From a virus (taxonomy: Duplodnaviria; Caudoviricetes), in IMG/VR virus record IMGVR_UViG_2907905317_000001, positions 4,219-68,218 of that record: DNA of 64,000 nt. One strand, 5' to 3'. This document shows, piece by piece, positions 27,985 to 36,966 of the stretch (position 1 is its first letter; every line of letters starts with the position of its first letter). Position numbers and translations under genes: made by a program. The notes under the pieces are model-generated. The model was not told the DNA's origin and did no database searches. It was given only the letters and a program-made list of their open reading frames with translations.

Positions 27985-28029
27985 AAAGTTACTTTTCCTT
28001 ATGCAAACGATTCAGGGTTCATCTGCAGC

Positions 28030-28056
28030 ATGTTTGGAAACGACGTAAACAAACAT
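28030..28056. promoter_or_regulatory. CII-type inverted repeat / pE-like site in a relic cII 5' end
   Basis: ATGTTTG-N13-CAAACAT; minus strand reads MFVYVVSKHAADEP*. Confidence 0.7.
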
Positions 28057-28090
28057 GTGGTTAATCCCTAACTATCCCAAAATGGAACTA

Positions 28091-28327
28091 TCAGGCTTGC
28101 ATTGTGACTTCGCAGCCCTGAGCTGCTTCCATCGTCAAAGCAAACATGTTTATTTCGATAAGGCTGTTAACTCCGGCCTTCTTCCTGATAGGAAGTCGGT
28201 TTTCACGGATCATTTGGCGGGCATAGCTTGGCTTGTAACCAGTGCGGCGGCAGAACTCATCCAGTGTGATGAATGGCTCAGATACCACAAGGTTGATGCT
28301 GGGGCGCATTGAAAAATTACGATTCAT
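28091..28327 (-). CDS. cox: Cox-like excisionase/repressor
   Basis: ITLDEFCRRTG...LPIRKK...IEINM; homologue of 62031..62252; divergent from cI. Confidence 0.85.
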   Translation of the reverse strand: MNRNFSMRPSINLVVSEPFITLDEFCRRTGYKPSYARQMIRENRLPIRKKAGVNSLIEINMFALTMEAAQGCEVTMQA

Positions 28328-28331
28328 GATG

Positions 28332-28390
28332 CACTATTCCTCAGTTTGTGTTTTAAAACTTCACTATTCGGAACTATTCGCAATCATTCC
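28332..28390. promoter_or_regulatory. 10-bp-phased ACTATTC direct repeats in lysis/lysogeny switch (likely Cox operators)
   Basis: Copies at 28333, 28363, 28373, 28383; same motif at 31816 and 31826 near att. Confidence 0.65.
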
Positions 28391-28428
28391 GAACACCACA
28401 AAACCGATAATAGGATCGCATTTTAAAT

Positions 28429-29043
28429 ATGTCAAACACAAAAGAAACCCCCAAAGCGATCTCAGCTTACAACTTCACATCTCAAAGTGGAGGTAAAGAG
28501 GCAATTACTCGCATCCTTCAGGCTTATGGATTCAGTACCAGACAGGCTTTGTGCGATCATCTAGGAGTATCTCAAAGTACAATGGCAAACCGTTGGATGC
28601 GCGATACTTTTCCGCACGACTGGCTTATTGCATGTCACCTTGATACTGGCGCATCTATGCTTTGGCTAACTACAGGGCAAGGCAGTCCCACCACAAAAAT
28701 AATCAATGACAGTGGATTGCTTTTGCAATTAAAAGAAATCTCAAATGGGATTTACTCATCATCTGAACAGGTCCGTTATGACGCCTGCCTTATCCCCGCA
28801 GATTCATCAGCTCCTTTCTTGGTGAAGTTTGAAAAGGCTTTCTATCTTGTGGATGAGTTCAAGGGAGAAATCAATGATGGAATCTGGCTGATTAAATTAG
28901 ATGGTTTTCTGAGCATCAGGCAAGTTTATCGCCTTCCAGGCGGGCGCTTACGTGTAGAGAATGGCCCAGCATCCTTTGAATGCACCCCATCGGATATTGA
29001 GGTTAACGGTAGGGTGATCAGCAAAACAGCATTTACAGAATGA
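28429..29043 (+). CDS. cI: 186-type CI immunity repressor
   Basis: RILQAYGF...LGVSQSTMANRWMRDTFP...WLTTGQG; DGIWLI C-domain. Confidence 0.92.
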   Translation: MSNTKETPKAISAYNFTSQSGGKEAITRILQAYGFSTRQALCDHLGVSQSTMANRWMRDTFPHDWLIACHLDTGASMLWLTTGQGSPTTKIINDSGLLLQLKEISNGIYSSSEQVRYDACLIPADSSAPFLVKFEKAFYLVDEFKGEINDGIWLIKLDGFLSIRQVYRLPGGRLRVENGPASFECTPSDIEVNGRVISKTAFTE

Positions 29044-29084
29044 TCGAATACGACTTTATACGGAAATGAGTTGAGGCTACTAGC

Positions 29085-29267
29085 ATGAAAAAATTAATGG
29101 CAATCGTAACGTTAGGTTTAGTGTTTTTGGCAACACAGCCCTCATATGCACGCAATTATCCATGCTCAGGGAAAAAAGGTGGCGTCTCACACTGTACATC
29201 TGATGGCAAATTTGTATGCAATGACGGCACTATCAGTAAATCAAAACGAATTTGCTCTAAAAACTGA
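29085..29267 (+). CDS. Small secreted 4-Cys protein (YdcA-like)
   Basis: Signal peptide then RNYPCSGKKGGVSHC...FVCNDGTISKSKRIC. Confidence 0.75.
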   Translation: MKKLMAIVTLGLVFLATQPSYARNYPCSGKKGGVSHCTSDGKFVCNDGTISKSKRICSKN

Positions 29268-29269
29268 TT

Positions 29270-30283
29270 ATGGCAGTTTCAAAGTTAGCTAATGGTAAGT
29301 GGCAGGCTCAGGTCTTCCCTAACGGTAGGGATGGGCGGCGCATCCGTCGCCAATTCGCCACCAAGGGGGAAGCCATGGCTTTTGAGCGCCACATTAAGGA
29401 TCAAGCGCAGGACAAGCCCTGGTTAGGAGAAAAAGCAGATAAGCGTCGAGTTACCGACCTCGTAGATACTTGGTTCAATGCACATGGTGTTACACTCTCT
29501 GATGGCCTCAAGCGTAAGGGCGCAATGGAATTTGCCTGCTTTGCTATGGGAAATCCTCTTGCAACAGAATTCAACGCCAAGCTTTTTGCAACCTACCGCG
29601 AGCAACGTTTAAGCGGGAAAATCACACGTTCGGATCGTGTAAAAACGGTGGCTCCCCGTACTGTTAATCTTGAGCTGGCGTATTTCCGTGCTATGTTCAA
29701 CGAACTAAAAAGGCTGGATCACTGGAGTTTGCCAAACCCACTCGAAAACGTTAGGGAATTTAAAATTGATGAGGCTGAACTGACATGGCTTACAGTTGAA
29801 GAAATTAAGCAATTGCTAGCTGAGTGTGAGAAAAGCAAAGCGACAGATTTAGTGACTATTGTTAAAATCTGCCTTGCAACCGGCGCAAGGTGGGGCGAAG
29901 CGGAATCACTAACAGGCAAGCAAATCAGCCCCGGAAAAATCACTTACATCAAAACTAAAGGCAAGAAAAACCGCGCCGTTCCGATATCTGATGAACTTTA
30001 TGAAGCTCTCCCCAAAATACGGAATTCAAAACCAATATTTACGAGGTGTTATTCTGCGTTTCGTGGTGCAATTAAGCGAGCAGGAATTGAATTGCCTGAC
30101 GGGCAGTTATCGCACGTTCTAAGGCATACCTTTGCGAGCCACTTTATGATGCGCGGAGGTAATATTCTCGTACTACAACGAATACTTGGACATACCGATA
30201 TCAAGGTAACAATGCGATATGCCCATTTTGCTCCAGATCATTTAACTGAAGCAATATCTTTGAACCCCTTAAATGGTATATAA
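29270..30283 (+). CDS. int: Tyrosine integrase
   Basis: TGARWGE, HVLRHTFASHF, LGH, MRYAH. Confidence 0.97.
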   Translation: MAVSKLANGKWQAQVFPNGRDGRRIRRQFATKGEAMAFERHIKDQAQDKPWLGEKADKRRVTDLVDTWFNAHGVTLSDGLKRKGAMEFACFAMGNPLATEFNAKLFATYREQRLSGKITRSDRVKTVAPRTVNLELAYFRAMFNELKRLDHWSLPNPLENVREFKIDEAELTWLTVEEIKQLLAECEKSKATDLVTIVKICLATGARWGEAESLTGKQISPGKITYIKTKGKKNRAVPISDELYEALPKIRNSKPIFTRCYSAFRGAIKRAGIELPDGQLSHVLRHTFASHFMMRGGNILVLQRILGHTDIKVTMRYAHFAPDHLTEAISLNPLNGI

Positions 30284-30285
30284 AA

Positions 30286-31758
30286 ATGGATATTGAAAAA
30301 GAAATGCAGCAAAAAATGCGTCCTTTTTTACCCATCAAGAGAGTATTTGACAATGAATTTATCTCTTTAGTCACAGAACTAATTTTCCTGATAAGAAGTT
30401 ATGGAATAGATAAAGTCGGTTTTTCTAATATAAAAAAAGATTATAAATTATTTATTTCTGCAGTACATGATGGTTGGAAAAAAGCACAAATAAAAATCTC
30501 TCACAATGTCATCAATAAACTCAGTGAAATTGAAAGTCTGGAGATAAAGAAAAAAGAATTTCATCGACAAAAAAACAAAGATGCCAAACAAGAGTGCATT
30601 AACAAAATCAACACTTTAAAATCAGAAATTTTAATTCTAAGACGTTTTATTGACTCTATCGTTTGGACTATTCTGGAAGATGAACACTCAACGATTAGGC
30701 GATTACCTTTAGATGATAATCTTGACAACCTCTCAATCAAGAATTTAAAAGAAGCAATACAAACACTTGAGGAGATTAATTCCAACCCATTTACAATTGG
30801 TATCTCATCTGATCTAACGACATTCATACACACAGGAGATTTATTAGTAAGAAACTATTTTGATGGCACTCTATCTATTGTCGAGCTGAAAACAGGCAAA
30901 AAAAACCTTGAGTTTTGCGATGCTGCTAATTTTTCTCTACATTCAGAATGTCCTATTTTTGATGAGCAATATACAAAAGAGTTATCGCCTGTCGATTTAA
31001 AACACTATCAAAGAACGAAAAAACAACTACAACATATGAAAGATGTAACAACCACAATAAATACAGGAGAGGGATATGATCACTTTCATAAACAAACAGT
31101 AAAAATCCAAGATAATAACTATATACCTAATTACTTTTCAGAAAAAATAATGGATTCTTGGCGACGCATATCTCTTGGAAAACTTTGGGATATACACGTT
31201 ATAGACGAATGCTTATTCATTGGAACTTACAAAAACGTTGAAATGGGGTTTGTTGGGTTCAATAGCTGGATGAAAGTCTCAAATTTCAATGGCACTGTAT
31301 TTAACATCAACGATAGCTTTAAATTAAAATTAACCAAACCATTGTTAAACTTGAACCTTCCCAATGAGACTATCAAAGATATTCTTCTTGGAGAATTTAT
31401 TGTCGTTTTATGCTTAGATACTGAAAAATTCTATAATGAAGCAAATAAGATACATCCGGGGATTTTGAAGAGAAAAAGGGTAACTAACAGTAAACTAAAC
31501 ACAATGGATTTGGTTACTGTCAATGAAGAGGCCATTTATAGTGAAAATAACGGACAAGAGATTTATTTAGGAACAGGTTTTCTCAGCAGAATTATTTTCG
31601 ACTTTCAGCGGCCGAAAAATATCATAAATTGGATTTATAAAGATAGTGATGTAAAAAGACGTGACAATAGAGAAAAAAACAAGAAAAAGAAAATTACTCA
31701 AAATGCCAAAAAAAGCAAGTCAAAGATAGCTAAGCTTAGCAGGAGAAAACAAAATTAA
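30286..31758 (+). CDS. AT-rich 490-aa protein, putative PD-(D/E)xK nuclease
   Basis: TGDLL-x11-ELK motif, N-terminal coiled coil, basic C-tail; starts 2 nt after int. Confidence 0.65.
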   Translation: MDIEKEMQQKMRPFLPIKRVFDNEFISLVTELIFLIRSYGIDKVGFSNIKKDYKLFISAVHDGWKKAQIKISHNVINKLSEIESLEIKKKEFHRQKNKDAKQECINKINTLKSEILILRRFIDSIVWTILEDEHSTIRRLPLDDNLDNLSIKNLKEAIQTLEEINSNPFTIGISSDLTTFIHTGDLLVRNYFDGTLSIVELKTGKKNLEFCDAANFSLHSECPIFDEQYTKELSPVDLKHYQRTKKQLQHMKDVTTTINTGEGYDHFHKQTVKIQDNNYIPNYFSEKIMDSWRRISLGKLWDIHVIDECLFIGTYKNVEMGFVGFNSWMKVSNFNGTVFNINDSFKLKLTKPLLNLNLPNETIKDILLGEFIVVLCLDTEKFYNEANKIHPGILKRKRVTNSKLNTMDLVTVNEEAIYSENNGQEIYLGTGFLSRIIFDFQRPKNIINWIYKDSDVKRRDNREKNKKKKITQNAKKSKSKIAKLSRRKQN

Positions 31759-31778
31759 CTTTAGGAGTGGGGTGTTTT

Positions 31779-31796
31779 GGCAGCAAAAAGGCAGCA
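31779..31796. other. Putative Int arm-type sites of A
   Basis: GGCAGCA-AAAA-GGCAGCA direct repeat ~95 bp left of att core. Confidence 0.6.
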
Positions 31797-31889
31797 CACC
31801 TCTTTACCATAAGCAATTATTCGGCACTATTCTACCTTGCAACCTTTTGAAAAACATATAAATCATTGTTTTACATAGACATAATATGG

Positions 31890-31936
31890 GACTCATAATC
31901 GCTTGGTCGTTGGTTCAAACCCAACAGGGGCCACCA
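31890..31936 (+). other. att core: 3' half of tRNA(CAT, Ile2-type), junction between prophages
   Basis: GACTCATAATCGCTTGGTCGTTGGTTCAAACCCAACAGGGGCCACCA; no 5' half upstream. Confidence 0.92.
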
Positions 31937-31964
31937 AATTTTAGCAGTAAATACATACAGTTAG

Positions 31965-31988
31965 GCCACTCGAAAGAGTGGCTTTTTT
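31965..31988 (+). terminator. Rho-independent terminator after att
   Basis: GCCACTC-GAAA-GAGTGGC-TTTTTT. Confidence 0.88.
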
Positions 31989-32005
31989 GTTTGCTGTTAT
32001 CATCG

Positions 32006-32022
32006 TGTCGCAAAAGTGTCGC
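32006..32022. other. Putative Int arm-type sites of B
   Basis: TGTCGCAAAAGTGTCGC, exact copy at 63974..63990. Confidence 0.75.
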
Positions 32023-32104
32023 GTTGTTTTTGTGATTATGGCTTTGTATAGAACCTACTCGATCTTTTTCAACTATAAAAAAACCCGCACTAAGCGGGTC
32101 ATAT

Positions 32105-32323
32105 CTACAGCCACAATGTTCTTTGCCCGTCTGTTGAGGGGTGTGGAGGTGCGGGGATAATCACACCAGGAGTTACAATAAATCGCTCAACAGATTCCAT
32201 AGTCACAAATGTGCAACTGCAATTTATGTTTGTACATTGGTGGTAACGTTCTTTAGTATTTTCGCTTAGATAACGACTGGTGCGCGCATGTGCCGCGTGC
32301 TGGCATTTTGGACAATGAAACAT
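32105..32323 (-). CDS. ogr: Ogr/B late-gene activator
   Basis: MFHCPKC...ARTSR...YHQCTNINCSCTF, 72 aa. Confidence 0.95.
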   Translation of the reverse strand: MFHCPKCQHAAHARTSRYLSENTKERYHQCTNINCSCTFVTMESVERFIVTPGVIIPAPPHPSTDGQRTLWL

Positions 32324-32400
32324 AGCTCACCCACCATTAGCCTTAAGTGAGCAAAAGATACACCATAATTCATATTATGGGAATATTTTCACACTACTGA

Positions 32401-32823
32401 ATGAAAGGATTCTCAATGACAGCTATCAAATCTTTATTTTTAAGCACCGCACTTTTAGTTTCTTTTAGTGCGTTGGCTAGTGATGCTGATATCAGCACGT
32501 TGAAAAAGGAATTAAAGGTCTTTCAACCTACAGATATTACCAAGAAAAATAATGACATAACTGTAGTTATACCAGCAAAAAACATCACTCGTGAAGCCTA
32601 TGAAGCGATCATAACTAATGGGTTATGCACTCCGATATGGACAAAAGATACCCCTTCTTCATTCCTTAGTGGTATCAATACCTTTACCGTTGTTAACCAA
32701 TTTAAAGCTTTTGGCTATACATTAGATTCCCCATTGTCAACTTGCAAAGAAATGGGCAATCTTATGCCAGAGCCAGCAAAAGTATTAATGTATTCAAAAA
32801 CAAAAAGTTACACTAGTAGCTAG
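32401..32823 (+). CDS. Secreted protein moron, unknown function
   Basis: Signal peptide ending SALA, two Cys, AT-rich, between ogr and D on opposite strand. Confidence 0.75.
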   Translation: MKGFSMTAIKSLFLSTALLVSFSALASDADISTLKKELKVFQPTDITKKNNDITVVIPAKNITREAYEAIITNGLCTPIWTKDTPSSFLSGINTFTVVNQFKAFGYTLDSPLSTCKEMGNLMPEPAKVLMYSKTKSYTSS

Positions 32824-32828
32824 TCATT

Positions 32829-32855
32829 AAAAAACCCGCCACAAGCGGGTTTTTT
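32829..32855. terminator. Bidirectional terminator
   Basis: AAAAAACCCGC-CACAA-GCGGGTTTTTT. Confidence 0.88.
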
Positions 32856-32871
32856 AATATACGAGTCTTCC

Positions 32872-34032
32872 TCAGCTGCTTTCAGATTCGTACTCAACAT
32901 CCGACAATTTCACCTCAAGCTCTAGGCTCGTCGTAAAGCCGCTTTTACTCAGGTAGTGCATAACTTTAGTGATCGTCCAAGATTGCTCGTCTATGACGCG
33001 CTTAAACCCTTTAACCTGTACCGGCGTCTCAGGGTAAAGGTCAGCCCGCCCCATCGCCAGCCTGATTGAAAACTCAGCAACGCCACGTTGCAGTTTGTCC
33101 CATTTTGCCTGGGCAGCTCGCATCGCCTGCGCTTTGGTTGAAAAAATTGTCGTCAGGGCGAACACGTTGTCATCCTCGCCGACCATGTATTCACCTTCCC
33201 TGGCTTCCGGCGTCTTCACCTCTTTTTTCTTCGTTACCGGTTTGGCTTTGGGATGCTGTAGTGCACGTAAATGCTGTTCTTTCGGTTTCCGCTTTAACGT
33301 CACCTTTTGCTTTTGTGGTTTCGGGTCTTTGGTGTGCAACCATTTTGCCGTTACACCGGTATATGCCCCACGGTCGGCAATCGAAAACTGATGCCTGTCC
33401 CCATCGCTGCGGGTGATAGTGACTTGCGGAATAGCCTTCCCGCTGGCTGTTAACCCACGACCAGCTTTCAGAAAAAGCAACTTTCCCGCTTTTACCGAAA
33501 CCTCACCGCCGTTTCGCTCGGCGAGACGAGTCAAAAATTTAGCATCCGATTCCTGTGACTGGTCGATATGCGGGATTTTAATTCCCGCCAGTTCAGGTAT
33601 GACTCTCGATGTCAGTTTGTTACGCGTCGCTATCGCCGCCACAATTTCGCCTAAAGTCTTGTCATGCCATGACTCTTCTCGCCTGGAATTTAACGTTCCC
33701 CGAAAATCGGCACTACGGGCACGGATTGTCACGCTATCCGGTGCGCCATGATGCTCAACCTCATCGACAGTGAAAGAGCCCTTGTTAATTAACGCAAACC
33801 CTTTCCATCCCAGATAAAGTGTCAGCACAGCACCACGTAACGGCAACTCGACAAGCCCGTCAGCGTCATCGAGCTCGATATCAAGCTGGTCTGCCTCAAA
33901 TCCGCGGTTATCGGTCATCGTCAGACTCATTAAGCGGTTACTGATATTGCCGGTAATATCTTTGCTGTCGAGCATCAGCATAAAATCGGGCGTCAGGACG
34001 CCACCCGCATTGAGATTCATCATATCCAGCAT
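32872..34032 (-). CDS. D: Tail/baseplate hub protein gpD
   Basis: TDNRGFEADQLDIELDD...HIDQSQESD. Confidence 0.93.
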   Translation of the reverse strand: MLDMMNLNAGGVLTPDFMLMLDSKDITGNISNRLMSLTMTDNRGFEADQLDIELDDADGLVELPLRGAVLTLYLGWKGFALINKGSFTVDEVEHHGAPDSVTIRARSADFRGTLNSRREESWHDKTLGEIVAAIATRNKLTSRVIPELAGIKIPHIDQSQESDAKFLTRLAERNGGEVSVKAGKLLFLKAGRGLTASGKAIPQVTITRSDGDRHQFSIADRGAYTGVTAKWLHTKDPKPQKQKVTLKRKPKEQHLRALQHPKAKPVTKKKEVKTPEAREGEYMVGEDDNVFALTTIFSTKAQAMRAAQAKWDKLQRGVAEFSIRLAMGRADLYPETPVQVKGFKRVIDEQSWTITKVMHYLSKSGFTTSLELEVKLSDVEYESESS

Positions 34033-34511
34033 CAGCTAATCCCCACCATGCCGGCCACTGACGAAGCCATATTACCCGCCTTGCCAATAAGAGCATTGGC
34101 CTGTTCGCCAATATCGCCATACAACGCCGCGAGTGATTCATCCACGCGGGTGAGCGTCAGCGTGAAATCAATTTTTCTCGCCGTGCCGTCAGCAAAAAAC
34201 AGGCTCCCTGTCTCGCTGATATTATTGATGACGTACATACCGTAAATAGTGCCGGTGCCATCCAGCAACGGCCAGGCGCGCCCTTCGTCAGCCATTAAAC
34301 GAATAGCTGTCATCGTCAACTTTCCACCGGTGAGCTCCGGGTATAACACACCGGCCAGGGTAATTCTTTCTTCCCCCGGCCCCAGATACTGGAAAGAATC
34401 CCGTTTACCTACGCGTGAGTTTGACGGCCACAGATATTCGGCATCGCGTTGCATCGTCTGGTGTGGCAACGTCTGGCGCATAAAAACAAACATACCGAGT
34501 GCAAGCATCAT
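34032..34511 (-). CDS. U: Tail protein gpU
   Basis: MMLALGMFVF...LYPELTGG...IDFTLTL. Confidence 0.93.
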   Translation of the reverse strand: MMLALGMFVFMRQTLPHQTMQRDAEYLWPSNSRVGKRDSFQYLGPGEERITLAGVLYPELTGGKLTMTAIRLMADEGRAWPLLDGTGTIYGMYVINNISETGSLFFADGTARKIDFTLTLTRVDESLAALYGDIGEQANALIGKAGNMASSVAGMVGIS

Positions 34512-34527
34512 TTCTCGTTACCTCCTG

Positions 34528-36966
34528 TCAGTCGTGGATCATGCTGGCCCGCTGACGAGCACGCTTGTCACGCTCAAACTTTTCGAGCGCATCCTGTAGT
34601 TGACGATCGAGCTGCGTGCCGCTCCCGCTACCATCAACGGAAATGTGATACTCGCTTTTACTCTGGTCGATGTAAGAACGCCCGGCGGGTGCGGTGACAG
34701 GTTGGTATGCCTGATAGCCGCTATAAGTACTGGTAGCCGGGATATAAGTGTTACCCTGCGTGGCTGCGTTTGCTTTCGCGGCAGTCTGGTCAAGCGTACT
34801 GGACTCTTTGTTGATTATGCCGAGCTTCTCAAGTACCCAATCAATACCGCTGCGCAGCTTATTGAATGCTGTAAGCGGTAAAGTAAGAGCGTCAGCCAGG
34901 CGCTGACCAAACAACACACCGGCATCTCGGAAACTGTTTAACGTTTCCTGTGATGATTTAACCGGCGCAATCAGATTGTTAAACCAGTCCCATGCGGCTT
35001 TAAGTTTTCCACCTAGCCAGTCAAACATCGGTTTAAGCGGTGCAAATAGTTCTGCTACTGGCGCAAAGACCGTACGCAATCCTTCCATCACGCCGCCAAA
35101 AAATGCGCTGATGGGCTCCCAATATTTACGGATGAGCAATGCCCCGGCGACAATCGCAGCCACAACAGCGACAACCGGCCAGGAAATCGCACCAATAGCG
35201 GTAATGATGCCTCCGGCCACCGTTGTAAATACGGTACCGAGTGCCGTCGCAGCGGCGACGATGGCATTTACACCGGTTATCACCGGCCAGGCAATCAGTC
35301 CAATAGCCCCAATCATCCCCACGACCCCGATCGCCACAGCGGTAATCACCCCTAGCGTCTGCGCGAGCTCTTTATTTCGCTGGATCCACTTATCAAGTTT
35401 GAGAACGTAGCCGGTAGCGGTTTGCACCAGTTTGCGTAAGGAGGACTCCTGCTGGTCAAAAAGGTCAGTACCTACAGCCTCATATGCCGACTGAAACTCT
35501 TTAAAGTCGCCGCCGAGATTATTTTGCATGACCTTAACCAGCTCATCGGTCTTACCATCTGAGGCCATAAAGGCCGCGGTTAACTTGTCCAATTTTCCAC
35601 TTGAGGCTGCTTGTATCAATACGTTTGACGACTTAAGGGCTTCCTCACCAAAAATTGTTTTTAGATATTCCCCCCTCTGGCTGCTACCAAGTTTATTTCT
35701 GTTAAAGCTGGCATCTATTTCTTTCAGAATACTAAAGATTGGCCGCATATCTCCTTTACTATCAGCCGTTTTAACTCCTAGTTCTTTTAATGCTTCCCAC
35801 GCATTTCCTGTAGGTGCCTGAAGACGACTAACCACAGCACCGCTACCAGTACCGGCCATAGATCCAGTGATGTTGTTATCATGAAGCACCCCGGTCATTG
35901 CTGCCGCTTGCTCCAAGCTCACTCCAGCAGTCCTAGCAACAGGAGCGAGGTATGTCAGGGCATCGCTCAACCCCTGAAAATCTGCGGCCGATTTATTCAT
36001 CGTTGCTGAAAGCACATCACCAATGTGGGCTACCCGGTCATTTGATAGTTGAAATGCGTTTTTGGTACCAAGTAAAAGCTGAGCGTTTTCCTCCATCGTG
36101 CGTCGGTTAGCCAATGCCATGTTTAAAGTTACTGGCGTCGCGGCTAGAATTGCCGCCACATCGCCACCGGCTTTTGCAATAATTATCTGTGACCCGGCAG
36201 CATCATCGGCAGAGGCGGCAGTATTGTCGCCCAGCAGTCGGGCCTGCTTTCGCAACGCAGTCATTTCTGCGGAATCTTTCGCCACGCCGAGTACAGCCTG
36301 TAACTCGGAGTTTTTCTGCGCAAAATCATAACCCGGTTTCATCAGTGCAACACCGGCCAGCGTGCCTGTCGTCGCCATACCGACACCGGCGGCACCCATT
36401 GCGGCCGCATTTCCGGCCAGCTCTTTACCGGCCTGATATCGCTGTTTAACCGCGTTGAGCTTTGCCTGTTGCGCGCTGACGCGCGCCAGTGCTTCACGCT
36501 GGCGATTAAGCTGCGCCGTCGTTTCGCTGATGCTAGTTTTTAACCGGCGCTCGTCTGCCGCCAGGGTGCGGGTATTAATTCCCGCCTGGCTGAGTTCCTG
36601 CCGCTGGCGCTGTACAGCCTGCCGCAAGCTGTTGTGTTTGAGCTGGAGCGCTGCGGCACTTTTTCGGGCGGCATCCATTGCCTGCGCCTGCGCGCGCGTC
36701 GGCTGTTCCGTATTTCTAAACTGGATCGCCAGTGCGGCGGCTTCCTGTTTAGCTTTCTTCAGCTCCTGACCTGTAACGGCGAGTTGCGCGCTGGCCTTGC
36801 GAAATCCGTCAATACGGGATGCCTGACCGTTAAGCTCACGCAGTGATTTTTGAGTGTCCCGGATATCACCAGACAGCGTTTTACTCGCAGTCTGGATGGT
36901 TTTAAACGGGCGGGTCGCCTGGTCAACAGCCTTGAGTAAAACCTGCAATTTAACGTCGTTACTCAT
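34528..36966 (-). CDS. T: Tail tape measure protein gpT
   Basis: 812 aa Ala-rich, VKLQVLLKAVDQATRPFK. Confidence 0.95.
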   Translation of the reverse strand: MSNDVKLQVLLKAVDQATRPFKTIQTASKTLSGDIRDTQKSLRELNGQASRIDGFRKASAQLAVTGQELKKAKQEAAALAIQFRNTEQPTRAQAQAMDAARKSAAALQLKHNSLRQAVQRQRQELSQAGINTRTLAADERRLKTSISETTAQLNRQREALARVSAQQAKLNAVKQRYQAGKELAGNAAAMGAAGVGMATTGTLAGVALMKPGYDFAQKNSELQAVLGVAKDSAEMTALRKQARLLGDNTAASADDAAGSQIIIAKAGGDVAAILAATPVTLNMALANRRTMEENAQLLLGTKNAFQLSNDRVAHIGDVLSATMNKSAADFQGLSDALTYLAPVARTAGVSLEQAAAMTGVLHDNNITGSMAGTGSGAVVSRLQAPTGNAWEALKELGVKTADSKGDMRPIFSILKEIDASFNRNKLGSSQRGEYLKTIFGEEALKSSNVLIQAASSGKLDKLTAAFMASDGKTDELVKVMQNNLGGDFKEFQSAYEAVGTDLFDQQESSLRKLVQTATGYVLKLDKWIQRNKELAQTLGVITAVAIGVVGMIGAIGLIAWPVITGVNAIVAAATALGTVFTTVAGGIITAIGAISWPVVAVVAAIVAGALLIRKYWEPISAFFGGVMEGLRTVFAPVAELFAPLKPMFDWLGGKLKAAWDWFNNLIAPVKSSQETLNSFRDAGVLFGQRLADALTLPLTAFNKLRSGIDWVLEKLGIINKESSTLDQTAAKANAATQGNTYIPATSTYSGYQAYQPVTAPAGRSYIDQSKSEYHISVDGSGSGTQLDRQLQDALEKFERDKRARQRASMIHD

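Larger units (their letters stand above)
1..31936. mobile_element. P2-like prophage A (Fels-2-like); left end outside window
   Basis: P2 gene order T-E-FII-FI-tail fibre-I-J-W-V-S-R-lysis-X-L-M-N-O-P-Q-cos-A-cII-cox-cI-int, ending at a tRNA 3'-half att core. Confidence 0.95.

Noticed and set aside
31890-31936. Functional tRNA gene
   Set aside because: Only anticodon loop to CCA is present; the 5' acceptor strand and D-arm are missing, so it is an att core.
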